In this document: in pieces, positions 14,078 through 21,231 of the stretch | How positions within the stretch are numbered: position 1 is the first letter of the stretch | Layout: each line of letters opens with the position of its first letter | Origin: a virus | Lineage: Duplodnaviria; Heunggongvirae; Uroviricota; Caudoviricetes | DNA length: 22,685 nucleotides | Virus record (IMG/VR): IMGVR_UViG_2734482779_000007 | Reading direction: 5' to 3' (one strand) | Notes under the pieces: model-generated | Database searches by the model: none | Told to the model about the DNA's origin: nothing | What the model saw: only the letters and a program-made list of their open reading frames with translations | Translations under genes and position numbers: made by a program

Positions 14078-16877
14078 GCTCATTTACGGGATTCGTGAGT
14101 CCCGTTTCTGTCTGTTTTTTGTTTTCACTGGTCAGGCCACCCCGCAGCAGGTCTGCTTTGCGGCGGGCGCGTTCAGTGGTTTCACTGATTCTCTGTGCGT
14201 GCTCTGTGTCGCGGATGGCGCTCAGCATGTCAGAAAGCACGGTAACGGGTGTTTTCATGGTGTTCTGGTCCTGCTGAAGTGTGGATGCCAGGCGTGCGGC
14301 GGCTTCAGGGTCTGATGCCCCCAGCTGCGCCAGATAGCTGGCGACCGGGTTATGGCGGATCTCCGTGCTGCTTACGCCGTGATTACGGCTCAGGCGTTGC
14401 CAGAGCTGCGTGATTCGGCTGTCCGGGCGGGTATCCGGTTTGCGTACAATTTCAAATCCCTGCGGTGCAATGATGCTGCCGTCAATGTACAGACTGCCGC
14501 CCCGTAACAGGTGCTGCATCTGTTGTTCACCGATATGCAGGCCGAGAGATTCAGCAGACTCCCGCCATTCTTTAGCGAGTAATTCGTGGTTATCAGGCAA
14601 AGGCCGCTGCTGTTTGCGGCTCTGTGTCCAGCTCTGCATTTCATCACTGCTGTTTTTTGCCTGTTTGTCACGAAGCGAACGCATCAGCGCCCGGCGTTCG
14701 TGCCGTTTCAGTGAGCGCATCCATTCGTTCACTTCAACGCCGTCAGGGAGCTGCGGCCACGGTGCTGGCCGTTCTTCCGGCTGTTCTGTCCCGTTGTTGT
14801 CCGTTTCCTGTACACGGGGACAGTTATTGCCACGAGTCCAAGGGGCGGCAGGGCCGCCCTGAAGGTCAAAACCATTTTCGCGGGTGCTGTCTTCCGCTTC
14901 CGGTTTACGTCTTACCAGCTTCCAGTTATCCGGATGCGTGCACACACGGGAGGATTCCCCGATGAGTGGTGACCAGATCCCGTAAATCTGTACGCTCTGT
15001 TCACCGTAATCGTTCAGCTCATCTGCGAGGTCGTAGGCGGTGCGAATCAGGTAGTCTTTGCGTGGAACAAGTACGCCGCCCTGTTTCTCTATGTAGGTGG
15101 CAAAACATCCGGCATCAGCGGCAGCGAGTACCGCATCCATTGCGTCATCCTTCAGCTGTTGCGGGCCTTCCGGGTTGCGTGCCATCTGGCTGGCAAGGCG
15201 ACGCAGTTCACGCCACACCTGACGGGAGGGGATACCAAAGAACTGGAACTGGCGGACACGGTGAAGGCGCGCCCAGCCGATGGCGCGTTCCACGCTCTCG
15301 GCCATTGACTTTCCGGTTTCGTGGTCAACGCGTGGCTTGCCCGTTTTCGGGTCGGTGCCATCCACGGCGCGGCTGTCCAGGTTCTTTCCGATGTAGGTGG
15401 CGATGTAGCTGGTTGGCGTGCCTTTTGAGCCGTCTACGTACTCCGCCTTAAAACGCGGAGTAATATCATTGCCCAGCTCGTGGCGGTCTTCCTGAATGGC
15501 AATATCACGGGTGTGGGACACAATGGTGTCGATTTCTTCCGGATGAGCAAAGACCATCATATGCCAGTGCACGGTGCCGTCATGGTGAGGCTCCACCGTG
15601 CGGATGCCATACCAGCGCAGGCCGTCGCGGTTCAATTTCTTGCGGACCGCTGCAAAAAACGTGTTAACCAGGTAATCGCTGGAGTCGCGCATGGTGGCCC
15701 CGTTCCATTTGGGATTCGGATGACCGTTCTCTGTTGTGGCGTGGTATTTTGACGGGCAGGTGACAGTCAGAAACACCGCTTTGTCGCCACGGGCTTCGGC
15801 CAGAAGTTCCAGCCCCTTCATGGTGGCCATCATTTCTGCCTTACGGTGAACCGGGTTACTTACTCCCGCGTAATACACTGTCTCGAGATCAATCGTGAAC
15901 CCGTCTTCGTTTTCCAGCATGAAACTTTTCAGGAAGTCGCGTGTTTTCTCGCGCTGTGCGCGAAATTCACTTAATGCATCCTGACTCAGATAGGGGGATG
16001 TTTTTCTGGAAACCAGACAGGCAGCGCGGAGTTGTTCCTCTCTCCATTCGCAACGTAAAAGCCACAATTTGCGTTTCCACCAGTCCGCACAGGTCAGGCG
16101 AAGGATTGCACCCGGCAGCAGTTCTGTGTCCGGTTCGTTCCTCCGGTCTTTGTCTGTTGTCAGTGCGTCATAATGCGGAGGCACTGTGTGCAGATGTAAC
16201 GCCATGCGAGCCAGCAGCTGATACGCCTTCAGCGTTATATCCATGGTCAGCTCGCCATCGGTCGCGCCAAAGCCATCGCAGAGTTTTTCGAAGGTGCTGC
16301 TGAACATTGCCGCCGTCATGACGGCCAGTGTCTGTATCTGGTGTTTGTTGAGCTGCGGCAGGTAAAGTAAATCGTCCAGACGTTCACGTCCGGCAAGGGA
16401 GCGATAACCCGGAGTCAGCCAGCGTCCGTCAGTGCGGGCCAGACGTTCCAATATTTTGCGCAGGGTTCCGCGTGCATAGCGTTCCGCCTGCCAGCTCTTT
16501 TTGCCTTTCCGGCGATCGGCTTCCTGTTTTTTGCGCAGGAAGGAGAGGTGGCGAATAAGCGGATCGCGCAGATAGGACGGCAGCAGGCGCAGCGAGGCCA
16601 TGGCTTCATCCACCGCACCGCGTGCCTGTTTTCTGGCTTCTCTGGCCAGTGTGATGGTTTTGTCCTGCTTTTCCTGTGCGTCCAGGCTTTTATTAATCAG
16701 GTTGCCCAGCGGTGTGGCGGAGAACGCCGCGTCAGCCATTTCCTGGCGGCGCTCGTTCTCTGCCCGGTAGGCATCCAGCCAGGAGGAAAGTGCGGATTCA
16801 GGTGCGGGGATCCCCGTTCCTTCACGTCCTACTGCGTGGCGCGGTTGTTGCCAGTCCCTGATGTACTCTGCCGTCAT
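14055..16877 (-). CDS. A: Replication initiation endonuclease A (rolling-circle HUH initiator, P2 gpA family)
   Basis: 940-aa ORF, the largest in the early operon. Contains ...GIRTVEPHHDGTVHWHMMVF... (HUH-type metal site) and ...TSYIATYIGKN... (catalytic Tyr region) as in P2 gpA, but is longer than P2 A (~761 aa). Confidence 0.85.
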   Translation of the reverse strand: MTAEYIRDWQQPRHAVGREGTGIPAPESALSSWLDAYRAENERRQEMADAAFSATPLGNLINKSLDAQEKQDKTITLAREARKQARGAVDEAMASLRLLPSYLRDPLIRHLSFLRKKQEADRRKGKKSWQAERYARGTLRKILERLARTDGRWLTPGYRSLAGRERLDDLLYLPQLNKHQIQTLAVMTAAMFSSTFEKLCDGFGATDGELTMDITLKAYQLLARMALHLHTVPPHYDALTTDKDRRNEPDTELLPGAILRLTCADWWKRKLWLLRCEWREEQLRAACLVSRKTSPYLSQDALSEFRAQREKTRDFLKSFMLENEDGFTIDLETVYYAGVSNPVHRKAEMMATMKGLELLAEARGDKAVFLTVTCPSKYHATTENGHPNPKWNGATMRDSSDYLVNTFFAAVRKKLNRDGLRWYGIRTVEPHHDGTVHWHMMVFAHPEEIDTIVSHTRDIAIQEDRHELGNDITPRFKAEYVDGSKGTPTSYIATYIGKNLDSRAVDGTDPKTGKPRVDHETGKSMAESVERAIGWARLHRVRQFQFFGIPSRQVWRELRRLASQMARNPEGPQQLKDDAMDAVLAAADAGCFATYIEKQGGVLVPRKDYLIRTAYDLADELNDYGEQSVQIYGIWSPLIGESSRVCTHPDNWKLVRRKPEAEDSTRENGFDLQGGPAAPWTRGNNCPRVQETDNNGTEQPEERPAPWPQLPDGVEVNEWMRSLKRHERRALMRSLRDKQAKNSSDEMQSWTQSRKQQRPLPDNHELLAKEWRESAESLGLHIGEQQMQHLLRGGSLYIDGSIIAPQGFEIVRKPDTRPDSRITQLWQRLSRNHGVSSTEIRHNPVASYLAQLGASDPEAAARLASTLQQDQNTMKTPVTVLSDMLSAIRDTEHAQRISETTERARRKADLLRGGLTSENKKQTETGLTNPVNEQKTRSDI
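14086..14120 (+). terminator. Plus-strand terminator-like hairpin 3 inside the 3' end of gene A
   Basis: Stem ACGGGA (14086-14091) / TCCCGT (14100-14105) followed by a T-rich tract ending in T6 (14115-14120). TTTACGGGATTC is a direct repeat of hairpin 1 (14010-14021 vs 14083-14094). Confidence 0.4.
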
Positions 16878-16883
16878 AGTGAT

Positions 16884-17249
16884 TTACTTCGTCATGCCAT
16901 TCAGGGTGTCGCGGCAGACTGTAGCCAGCCGCTGAATTTCCAGCACGGTGTCTTCTGTGTCGGCATGGCGATGTGTGATGCGGATGCTGTCGGCAATCAC
17001 ATCGACGATTGCAGAGGATGGGCGCTGGTAAATGCCAATAACGGACGGGGTGCCACCTTCAATGCGGTAAAGCCTGTAATTTCCCTCGTTGCTGTCAATC
17101 ATGTAGCGACCATCAATAACAATCTTTCCGTCAGCGAGCTGCGGTACAGGCAGGGATTTCAGGTACATGTCATAACGTTCACGCACGCGAACGGCAAGAT
17201 CACGCTCTGTGTTGAGCAGGTATTCAAGAAAGTCGTTGGCGAGAATCAT
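16884..17249 (-). CDS. Hypothetical early protein (121 aa)
   Basis: ORF MILANDFLEYLLNTERDLAVRVRERYDMYLKSL..., AGAGGA SD, 6 bp upstream of A. No recognisable domain. Confidence 0.5.
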   Translation of the reverse strand: MILANDFLEYLLNTERDLAVRVRERYDMYLKSLPVPQLADGKIVIDGRYMIDSNEGNYRLYRIEGGTPSVIGIYQRPSSAIVDVIADSIRITHRHADTEDTVLEIQRLATVCRDTLNGMTK

Positions 17250-17321
17250 TGCGGCAATCCTCTGGTTACAGATGTGCGAAGGCCTCCCGCCGCAAGGTGC
17301 AGGAAAGGCCCGGAACAGGAA

Positions 17322-17552
17322 TTAATGGAGTTTGTTTTGCTGCTGGATGAGCTGCTGAAGCTCGCGCAGATCATCCGCCAGATAACTGAAAACAGCGGAT
17401 GAGTAGAGGTTTGAAAGTTCGCAGCTACGCTCATGCAGCATATTGATGTGCATGATTTTAGCGACGCGGAATGCGCGGGAAAGTCTGCGGTTGATTTCAG
17501 TCTGGATGTGACGACGCTCCGCGATAGCGCGGTGCTGTTTGCGGTTTGCCAT
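17322..17552 (-). CDS. Hypothetical small basic protein (76 aa)
   Basis: ORF MANRKQHRAIAERRHIQTEINRRLSRAFRVAKIMHINMLHERSCELSNLY... (Arg-rich N-terminus, possibly nucleic-acid binding). AAGAGG SD lies within a repeated 9-mer. Confidence 0.45.
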   Translation of the reverse strand: MANRKQHRAIAERRHIQTEINRRLSRAFRVAKIMHINMLHERSCELSNLYSSAVFSYLADDLRELQQLIQQQNKLH

Positions 17553-17730
17553 GATATGTGGCCTCTTGTAGTAAGTTGTGAAAACTCACCATCCAGAGCT
17601 GCGAAACTGTGGGTGGCGAGACGTACGAGGTTCGCAGTACCGGCTACAAGAGATCCCGGCCCGACCGAAGTCGGCCCCGTACGCCCCGCCATAATTCTGA
17701 CGCGAAAAAAACGTGGCAATACAGTACGCA

Positions 17731-17752
17731 CAAAAAAACCGCTGGCGCGGTT
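17731..17752 (-). terminator. Intrinsic terminator (minus strand) downstream of the SPFH cassette
   Basis: Stem ACCGC (17738-17742) / GCGGT (17747-17751), loop TGGC, followed on the minus strand by U7 (plus-strand A-run 17732-17738). A second U7 lies at 17705-17711. Confidence 0.5.
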
Positions 17753-17888
17753 GTGCGCTCTTGTAGTCAGCAGGCTGCGAAACCCGGCACCCGTTTTATG
17801 AGGTGCATCGAAAATGTAACCTGACTGATTGCGGCATGGCAAGCGGTTTTTTTGTGAGAACGGCATACTAAAAAATCCTGATACTGCT

Positions 17889-17913
17889 CCGGCCAGCGGT
17901 TTGCACTGGCCGG
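17889..17913 (-). other. GC-rich hairpin immediately 3' of the SPFH gene
   Basis: Stem CCGGCCAG (17889-17896) / CTGGCCGG (17906-17913), 9-nt loop, starting 7 nt after the TAA stop. No adjacent U-run. Confidence 0.35.
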
Positions 17914-17919
17914 GTGTCA

Positions 17920-18750
17920 TTACTTCACGGGAACGAACGGAACAGCGGTGTTACTGGTCATGTATTGCGGCAGCGTGCCGTTCCATTTGTTGATCGCTTC
18001 CAGCTCCATAACGCCGGGATTCTGGCGCAGAGCTTCGCCGCGTAAACGAATGGCGTCGGCTTCAGCCTGGGCTTTTGTGCGAATGGCATCAGCCTGTCCG
18101 GCAGCTTCTGCGCGCAACATGTTGGCTTCTGCTTCGCGCTGTTTTACTTCCTGTTCGCGTTGCAGGGTTTTCTGGTTTGCCGTGACTTTGGCGTTAATGC
18201 TGTCGATAACGGTTGGCGGATATTCCGGTTTACCGACATAAGAGAGGCTCATTACCTGAATGCCGATGGGTGTCATTTCTGCCTGAATATCTTTAAGTGC
18301 TGAATCCAGCAGTTCAGACTTGCCACCGTCGATGAATTTATCGGTGGTCATTTTGCTGGCCAGTCGGTTGAGTGCGTCGGCGATCTTCTGGCGCAGGTCA
18401 GTGTCGGTAATGTCGTCCACGCCTTTGCGGTAGGTCTGAAACACCGTGGTAACTTTGGATGGATCAACTTTGTAGGCCACGCCGATGTGATAGCCGATGG
18501 TTGTGCCGTCACTCATCTGGAAGTTGAACGGCTCATCGTAAGTCTTCATTTGTTTGAAAGTCGGGAAGATGTAAACCTCTGTATTCCAGCCTGTCCAGTA
18601 GCGGCCAACGCCAACTACTTCGCCGACGCCTTTGTCGTCGCCCAGTTTGTTGACTTTGATTCCCACATTACCTGGCTCAACGCGATCGCAACCAACCAGC
18701 AGGATGGCGGCAAAAAGCGGGAGAATCTGAAAGAGTTTGAATTTCTTCAT
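17920..18750 (-). CDS. SPFH/Band-7 (prohibitin/HflC-like) domain lipoprotein
   Basis: 276-aa ORF. N-terminus MKKFKLFQILPLFAAILLVGC is a lipoprotein signal with lipobox LVGC. Core ...VEPGNVGIKVNKLGDDKGVGEVVGVGRYWTGWNTEVYIFPTFKQ... fits the SPFH fold. C-terminus is an A/E/Q/R-rich predicted coiled coil (QREAEANMLRAEAAGQADAIRTKAQAEADAIRLRGEA) as in HflK/HflC/QmcA. ATG overlaps upstream stop (ATGA). Confidence 0.8.
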   Translation of the reverse strand: MKKFKLFQILPLFAAILLVGCDRVEPGNVGIKVNKLGDDKGVGEVVGVGRYWTGWNTEVYIFPTFKQMKTYDEPFNFQMSDGTTIGYHIGVAYKVDPSKVTTVFQTYRKGVDDITDTDLRQKIADALNRLASKMTTDKFIDGGKSELLDSALKDIQAEMTPIGIQVMSLSYVGKPEYPPTVIDSINAKVTANQKTLQREQEVKQREAEANMLRAEAAGQADAIRTKAQAEADAIRLRGEALRQNPGVMELEAINKWNGTLPQYMTSNTAVPFVPVK

Positions 18751-18950
18751 TGCTTGATTTCCTTGATGTACTTACTGAAAAGGCGAACAACGCCTGCCGG
18801 GTACAGCATGGCAATGAAAATGCCCAGCAATACCAGGAAGGAGCTGTCTGATGAAATCATTCGGGGGAGTAGTCCTGCATACAGAATGAAAGAGACGAGG
18901 ACGCATACCAGCGCCCACATGTATGCGCGAAACCAGGTCTTTTTGTTCAT
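18747..18950 (-). CDS. Small two-TM membrane protein (67 aa), partner of the SPFH lipoprotein
   Basis: ORF MNKKTWFRAYMWALVCVLVSFILYAGLLPRMISSDSSFLVLLGIFIAMLYPAGVVRLF... with two hydrophobic helices; ATGA coupling on both sides. Confidence 0.6.
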   Translation of the reverse strand: MNKKTWFRAYMWALVCVLVSFILYAGLLPRMISSDSSFLVLLGIFIAMLYPAGVVRLFSKYIKEIKQ

Positions 18951-19165
18951 GTTGATTGCTCTCTTTTGTTATTCAGGAAAAAGTCAAAAACGTTATCGAT
19001 GCGCATCATGAGTTCGCGCTGCATCGCTTCTGGTGTTTCCGGTTCACCAGGCGACCCCAGCGTTGCGCAGAAATCAGCGATCTCGTGTTGAATGAGTTCT
19101 TTCAGCGTCGGTAAGGAATTCATGTGTGTGCGGCGATGCCTGCGTGTGATTCGCCTTCTGCTCAT
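18947..19165 (-). CDS. Hypothetical small protein (72 aa), SPFH cassette gene 2
   Basis: ORF MSRRRITRRHRRTHMNSLPTLKELIQHEIADFCATLGSPGEPETPEAMQ...; basic N-terminus; ATGA coupling on both sides. Confidence 0.45.
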   Translation of the reverse strand: MSRRRITRRHRRTHMNSLPTLKELIQHEIADFCATLGSPGEPETPEAMQRELMMRIDNVFDFFLNNKREQST

Positions 19166-19365
19166 TTACGCTGCTCCTGTACCTGTCGGATAAGGTTTAC
19201 CCGCGCCACATTAGTGGCGCAGAAGTAAGTGCCGTCAGTGAGGTAGATGTGGTGTGCATCCTTTTCCGAACGATGTTTGTCGATAGTGGTAATCAGGCGT
19301 TCGTCGACCTCGTATTCGCGCCCTCTGGAGGTAAAGCGAACGACGGGAAAATGCTTAATTGCCAT
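19162..19365 (-). CDS. Hypothetical small protein (67 aa), SPFH cassette gene 1
   Basis: ORF MAIKHFPVVRFTSRGREYEVDERLITTIDKHRSEKDAHHIYLTDGTYFCATNVARV...; AAGGGGG SD before ATG 19365; ATGA-coupled to the next gene. Confidence 0.45.
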   Translation of the reverse strand: MAIKHFPVVRFTSRGREYEVDERLITTIDKHRSEKDAHHIYLTDGTYFCATNVARVNLIRQVQEQRK

Positions 19366-19388
19366 TGCGCCCCCTTTGTCCAGTAACC

Positions 19389-19799
19389 CTATGCGTTAAA
19401 TACGGTGCACTGTGCGTCATCAATGAATGCGACTTGAGAGCGCTCTATCAGGCGGAGATTTGTCAGAATTTCTGATTCCCTTATGGGGTGAGGAGTGATC
19501 AGGTATTTATCCTGTAACCCGGCGATAATGGTGTATCGCTGTAGCTCCGAGCCAATTGTGTAAATAAGGCGTCCGGTGTTAGACAAATCCAGTCCGGTGA
19601 CGGGTTGTGTTCTGAGAACCGCCAGTTCAGCATCCTGTTTTGCGATAATTTCGGCTGCTTCTGCCGTGACTCTTGCGACTATCAGTGTGTGGGTTGCGAC
19701 GTCCATATGATTATTTGCTATGGCTTTTTTCGCTACTACGTTTTCTGTCTTTGAAATTTCTTTCAGTGCTCTGATGATACCTTCTTCTTTTGCGTGCAT
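19389..19799 (-). CDS. Hypothetical early protein (136 aa)
   Basis: ORF MHAKEEGIIRALKEISKTENVVAKKAIANNHMDVATHTLIVARVTAEAAEIIAKQD...; GGAG SD; 23 bp upstream of the SPFH cassette. Confidence 0.5.
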   Translation of the reverse strand: MHAKEEGIIRALKEISKTENVVAKKAIANNHMDVATHTLIVARVTAEAAEIIAKQDAELAVLRTQPVTGLDLSNTGRLIYTIGSELQRYTIIAGLQDKYLITPHPIRESEILTNLRLIERSQVAFIDDAQCTVFNA

Positions 19800-19867
19800 T
19801 TTTGTATCTCCGTTATTTGCGTGTGCGAATACCTCCGTTAATACGGATGGTTTTCTCGTTTTCTTAT

Positions 19868-20005
19868 TTAATTTGATGTTTTATTTGTATCGTTATTCAC
19901 CAGTGAAAAACGTTCAATCTTTTTTACTGAATGAATAATTCGCATAATTCCAATAGCGCAGGCCACCGAAATAATCAGAACAAGCCATGAGATAAATATA
20001 CTCAT
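19868..20005 (-). CDS. Small hydrophobic peptide (45 aa), unlisted ORF
   Basis: ATG at 20005 overlaps the TGA of the upstream 80-aa gene (ATGA). MSIFISWLVLIISVACAIGIMRIIHSVKKIERFSLVNNDTNKTSN: one TM helix then a basic tail. AT-rich codons; below the ORF-track length cut-off. Confidence 0.3.
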   Translation of the reverse strand: MSIFISWLVLIISVACAIGIMRIIHSVKKIERFSLVNNDTNKTSN

Positions 20006-20244
20006 GCGATATTCCCCAGCTTATACGGTTCAATATGTTCCCCGCATTCTGCGGCACAGATCAGCTCGGAAAGTTCGTTAAGTGCATCCAGATCATCAGC
20101 GTAAAAAGCCACGTCATACAGACTCCGGATTGCCCTGGTCAATGAGTCACGGGCTGCACGTTCAGCATGAGCGCCTGATGCACTTAAGCGAAAATAAAAA
20201 CGCTCAAGTGCTTTGTTAATGAGAGTTTTATATTCTTTGCCCAT
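20002..20244 (-). CDS. Hypothetical early protein (80 aa)
   Basis: ORF track 20002..20295; in-frame ATG at 20244 (MGKEYKTLINKALERFYFRLSASGAHAERAARDSL...) chosen on SD context. Confidence 0.4.
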   Translation of the reverse strand: MGKEYKTLINKALERFYFRLSASGAHAERAARDSLTRAIRSLYDVAFYADDLDALNELSELICAAECGEHIEPYKLGNIA

Positions 20245-20255
20245 CGCAACGCCCT

Positions 20256-20534
20256 TTAATCTGCTTTCTGAATTTCTGCTTCTGAATCCATACAAATAAT
20301 TTCGATATAGGGTTCATCGCCATTAGTCTTACGTGCTTTTTCCGCTTCGCTAATGATTTCGTGTACAGTCTGGTACGGAAGTTCTACGGTCAGGCGCGTG
20401 CCGTTCAGATAAACGTAAGTAGCTGCATTTTTTTCGGATGGAACGACTCCATCAATAGCTGATGCGCGTAATAACAGTTCACCGCGAAAATCAATAAAAC
20501 GAATAAATACACCTTGTGCATGCTCTTTGGTCAT
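20256..20534 (-). CDS. Hypothetical early protein (92 aa)
   Basis: ORF track 20256..20594; in-frame ATG at 20534 (MTKEHAQGVFIRFIDFRGELLLRASAIDGVVPSEKN...) lies 8 bp after the upstream stop with AGGTG SD. Confidence 0.4.
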   Translation of the reverse strand: MTKEHAQGVFIRFIDFRGELLLRASAIDGVVPSEKNAATYVYLNGTRLTVELPYQTVHEIISEAEKARKTNGDEPYIEIICMDSEAEIQKAD

Positions 20535-20544
20535 AAAGCACCTG

Positions 20545-20886
20545 TTATAAATCAGCCTGTTTAATAAAACTTTGTCCGCGAAGCAGACGATCAACCGTGC
20601 GTAGTGCTTCGTATAATGTGAAATCCTGCCCGAACTGATTGTCGCCGCTGCTTAGTGCAAAAATGCGGTTTCCGGTAAACGGATTGCGTGGGCATTTGTG
20701 GACCACGATTCCAGCTTTCTCAATCAGCCAGGTATGCTCGCCGATTTGTTTTACTGGGTAGCCATCCGGCGTTGCGTGTGTATCACTCAGGCTGTAGCGG
20801 ATGTTGCTGCGTGATGCACTGGTAGCGAAACGGTTAGCGTGGCGTTCAGCACCATTACGAAAGCGTGAATTACGTTGCTGTTTCAT
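20545..20886 (-). CDS. Hypothetical early protein (113 aa)
   Basis: ORF MKQQRNSRFRNGAERHANRFATSASRSNIRYSLSDTHATPDGYPVKQIGEHTWLIEK...; AGGGAG SD before ATG 20886; first gene after cox. Confidence 0.45.
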   Translation of the reverse strand: MKQQRNSRFRNGAERHANRFATSASRSNIRYSLSDTHATPDGYPVKQIGEHTWLIEKAGIVVHKCPRNPFTGNRIFALSSGDNQFGQDFTLYEALRTVDRLLRGQSFIKQADL

Positions 20887-20904
20887 ATCAAAACTCCCTG
20901 CATC

Positions 20905-21231
20905 TCATGCAGCAAAATTAAGGAAGCCTAATCCCAAATCTTCCGCCAGCTTCTTGGCTTTCTTAAGCCAGTGATTGCGCCAATCTTTACGCTCAGGAGG
21001 AAGCTGTTTCGTTGCGTCATAGACCATTTCGAGCCACTCATTCCAAAGGATGAGAAGACGGCGCGAACTCCCTTCCTCGCCTAAAACCTCGCGCTCAGTA
21101 GTTAGAGGGATGAGTCGACGCTCTACCAACTTTCTTACGGCTGATTCGGTCTTACCTGTGCGGCGGGAAAACTCATCGACGGTGATGGGGTCTGGGATCT
21201 TAAACAATGCCCTCAATAGTTCTTCATTCAT
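20905..21231 (-). CDS. cox: Cox-like excisionase / early-operon regulator (first gene of early operon)
   Basis: ORF track 20905..21300. The in-frame ATG at 21231 has AGGGAG 8 nt upstream and leaves a 95-bp gap to the divergent repressor gene, as in the P2 C-cox switch. Product MNEELLRALFKIPDPITVDEFSRRTGKTESAVRKLVERRLIPL... has helix-turn-helix character. Assigned mainly by position. Confidence 0.5.
   Translation of the reverse strand: MNEELLRALFKIPDPITVDEFSRRTGKTESAVRKLVERRLIPLTTEREVLGEEGSSRRLLILWNEWLEMVYDATKQLPPERKDWRNHWLKKAKKLAEDLGLGFLNFAA

Larger units (their letters stand above)
17553..17919 (-). promoter_or_regulatory. Structured non-coding region between the SPFH cassette and the A-proximal genes
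   Basis: 367 bp with no credible ORF. 9-mer CTCTTGTAG occurs three times (17563-17571, inverted at 17644-17652, 17758-17766); 10-mer GCTGCGAAAC twice (17598-17607, 17774-17783); hairpin with UUCG loop on the minus-strand RNA (17661-17674); weak sigma70-like TTGCCA-17-AATTAT on the minus strand. Confidence 0.4.

Noticed and set aside
16548-17402. 284-aa plus-strand ORF, with several other plus-strand ORFs between 14046 and 16303
   Set aside because: All antisense to replication gene A or the adjacent minus-strand early genes; Cys/Arg/His-rich, no SD, and they would conflict with the coupled minus-strand operon.
17553-17919. Retron-like or tRNA-like non-coding RNA
   Set aside because: Inverted repeats and a ...CCCCGCCA tract suggested an msr/msd or tRNA-like element, but there is no reverse transcriptase gene in the window, no T-loop/D-loop pattern, and the hairpins do not assemble into a cloverleaf.
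17246-17920. 224-aa minus-strand ORF spanning the non-coding leader and overlapping the 76-aa gene
   Set aside because: Low-complexity S/T/R/A-rich translation, no SD at its start, overlaps a better-supported gene in another frame and crosses the intrinsic terminator; the region is better explained as structured non-coding DNA.
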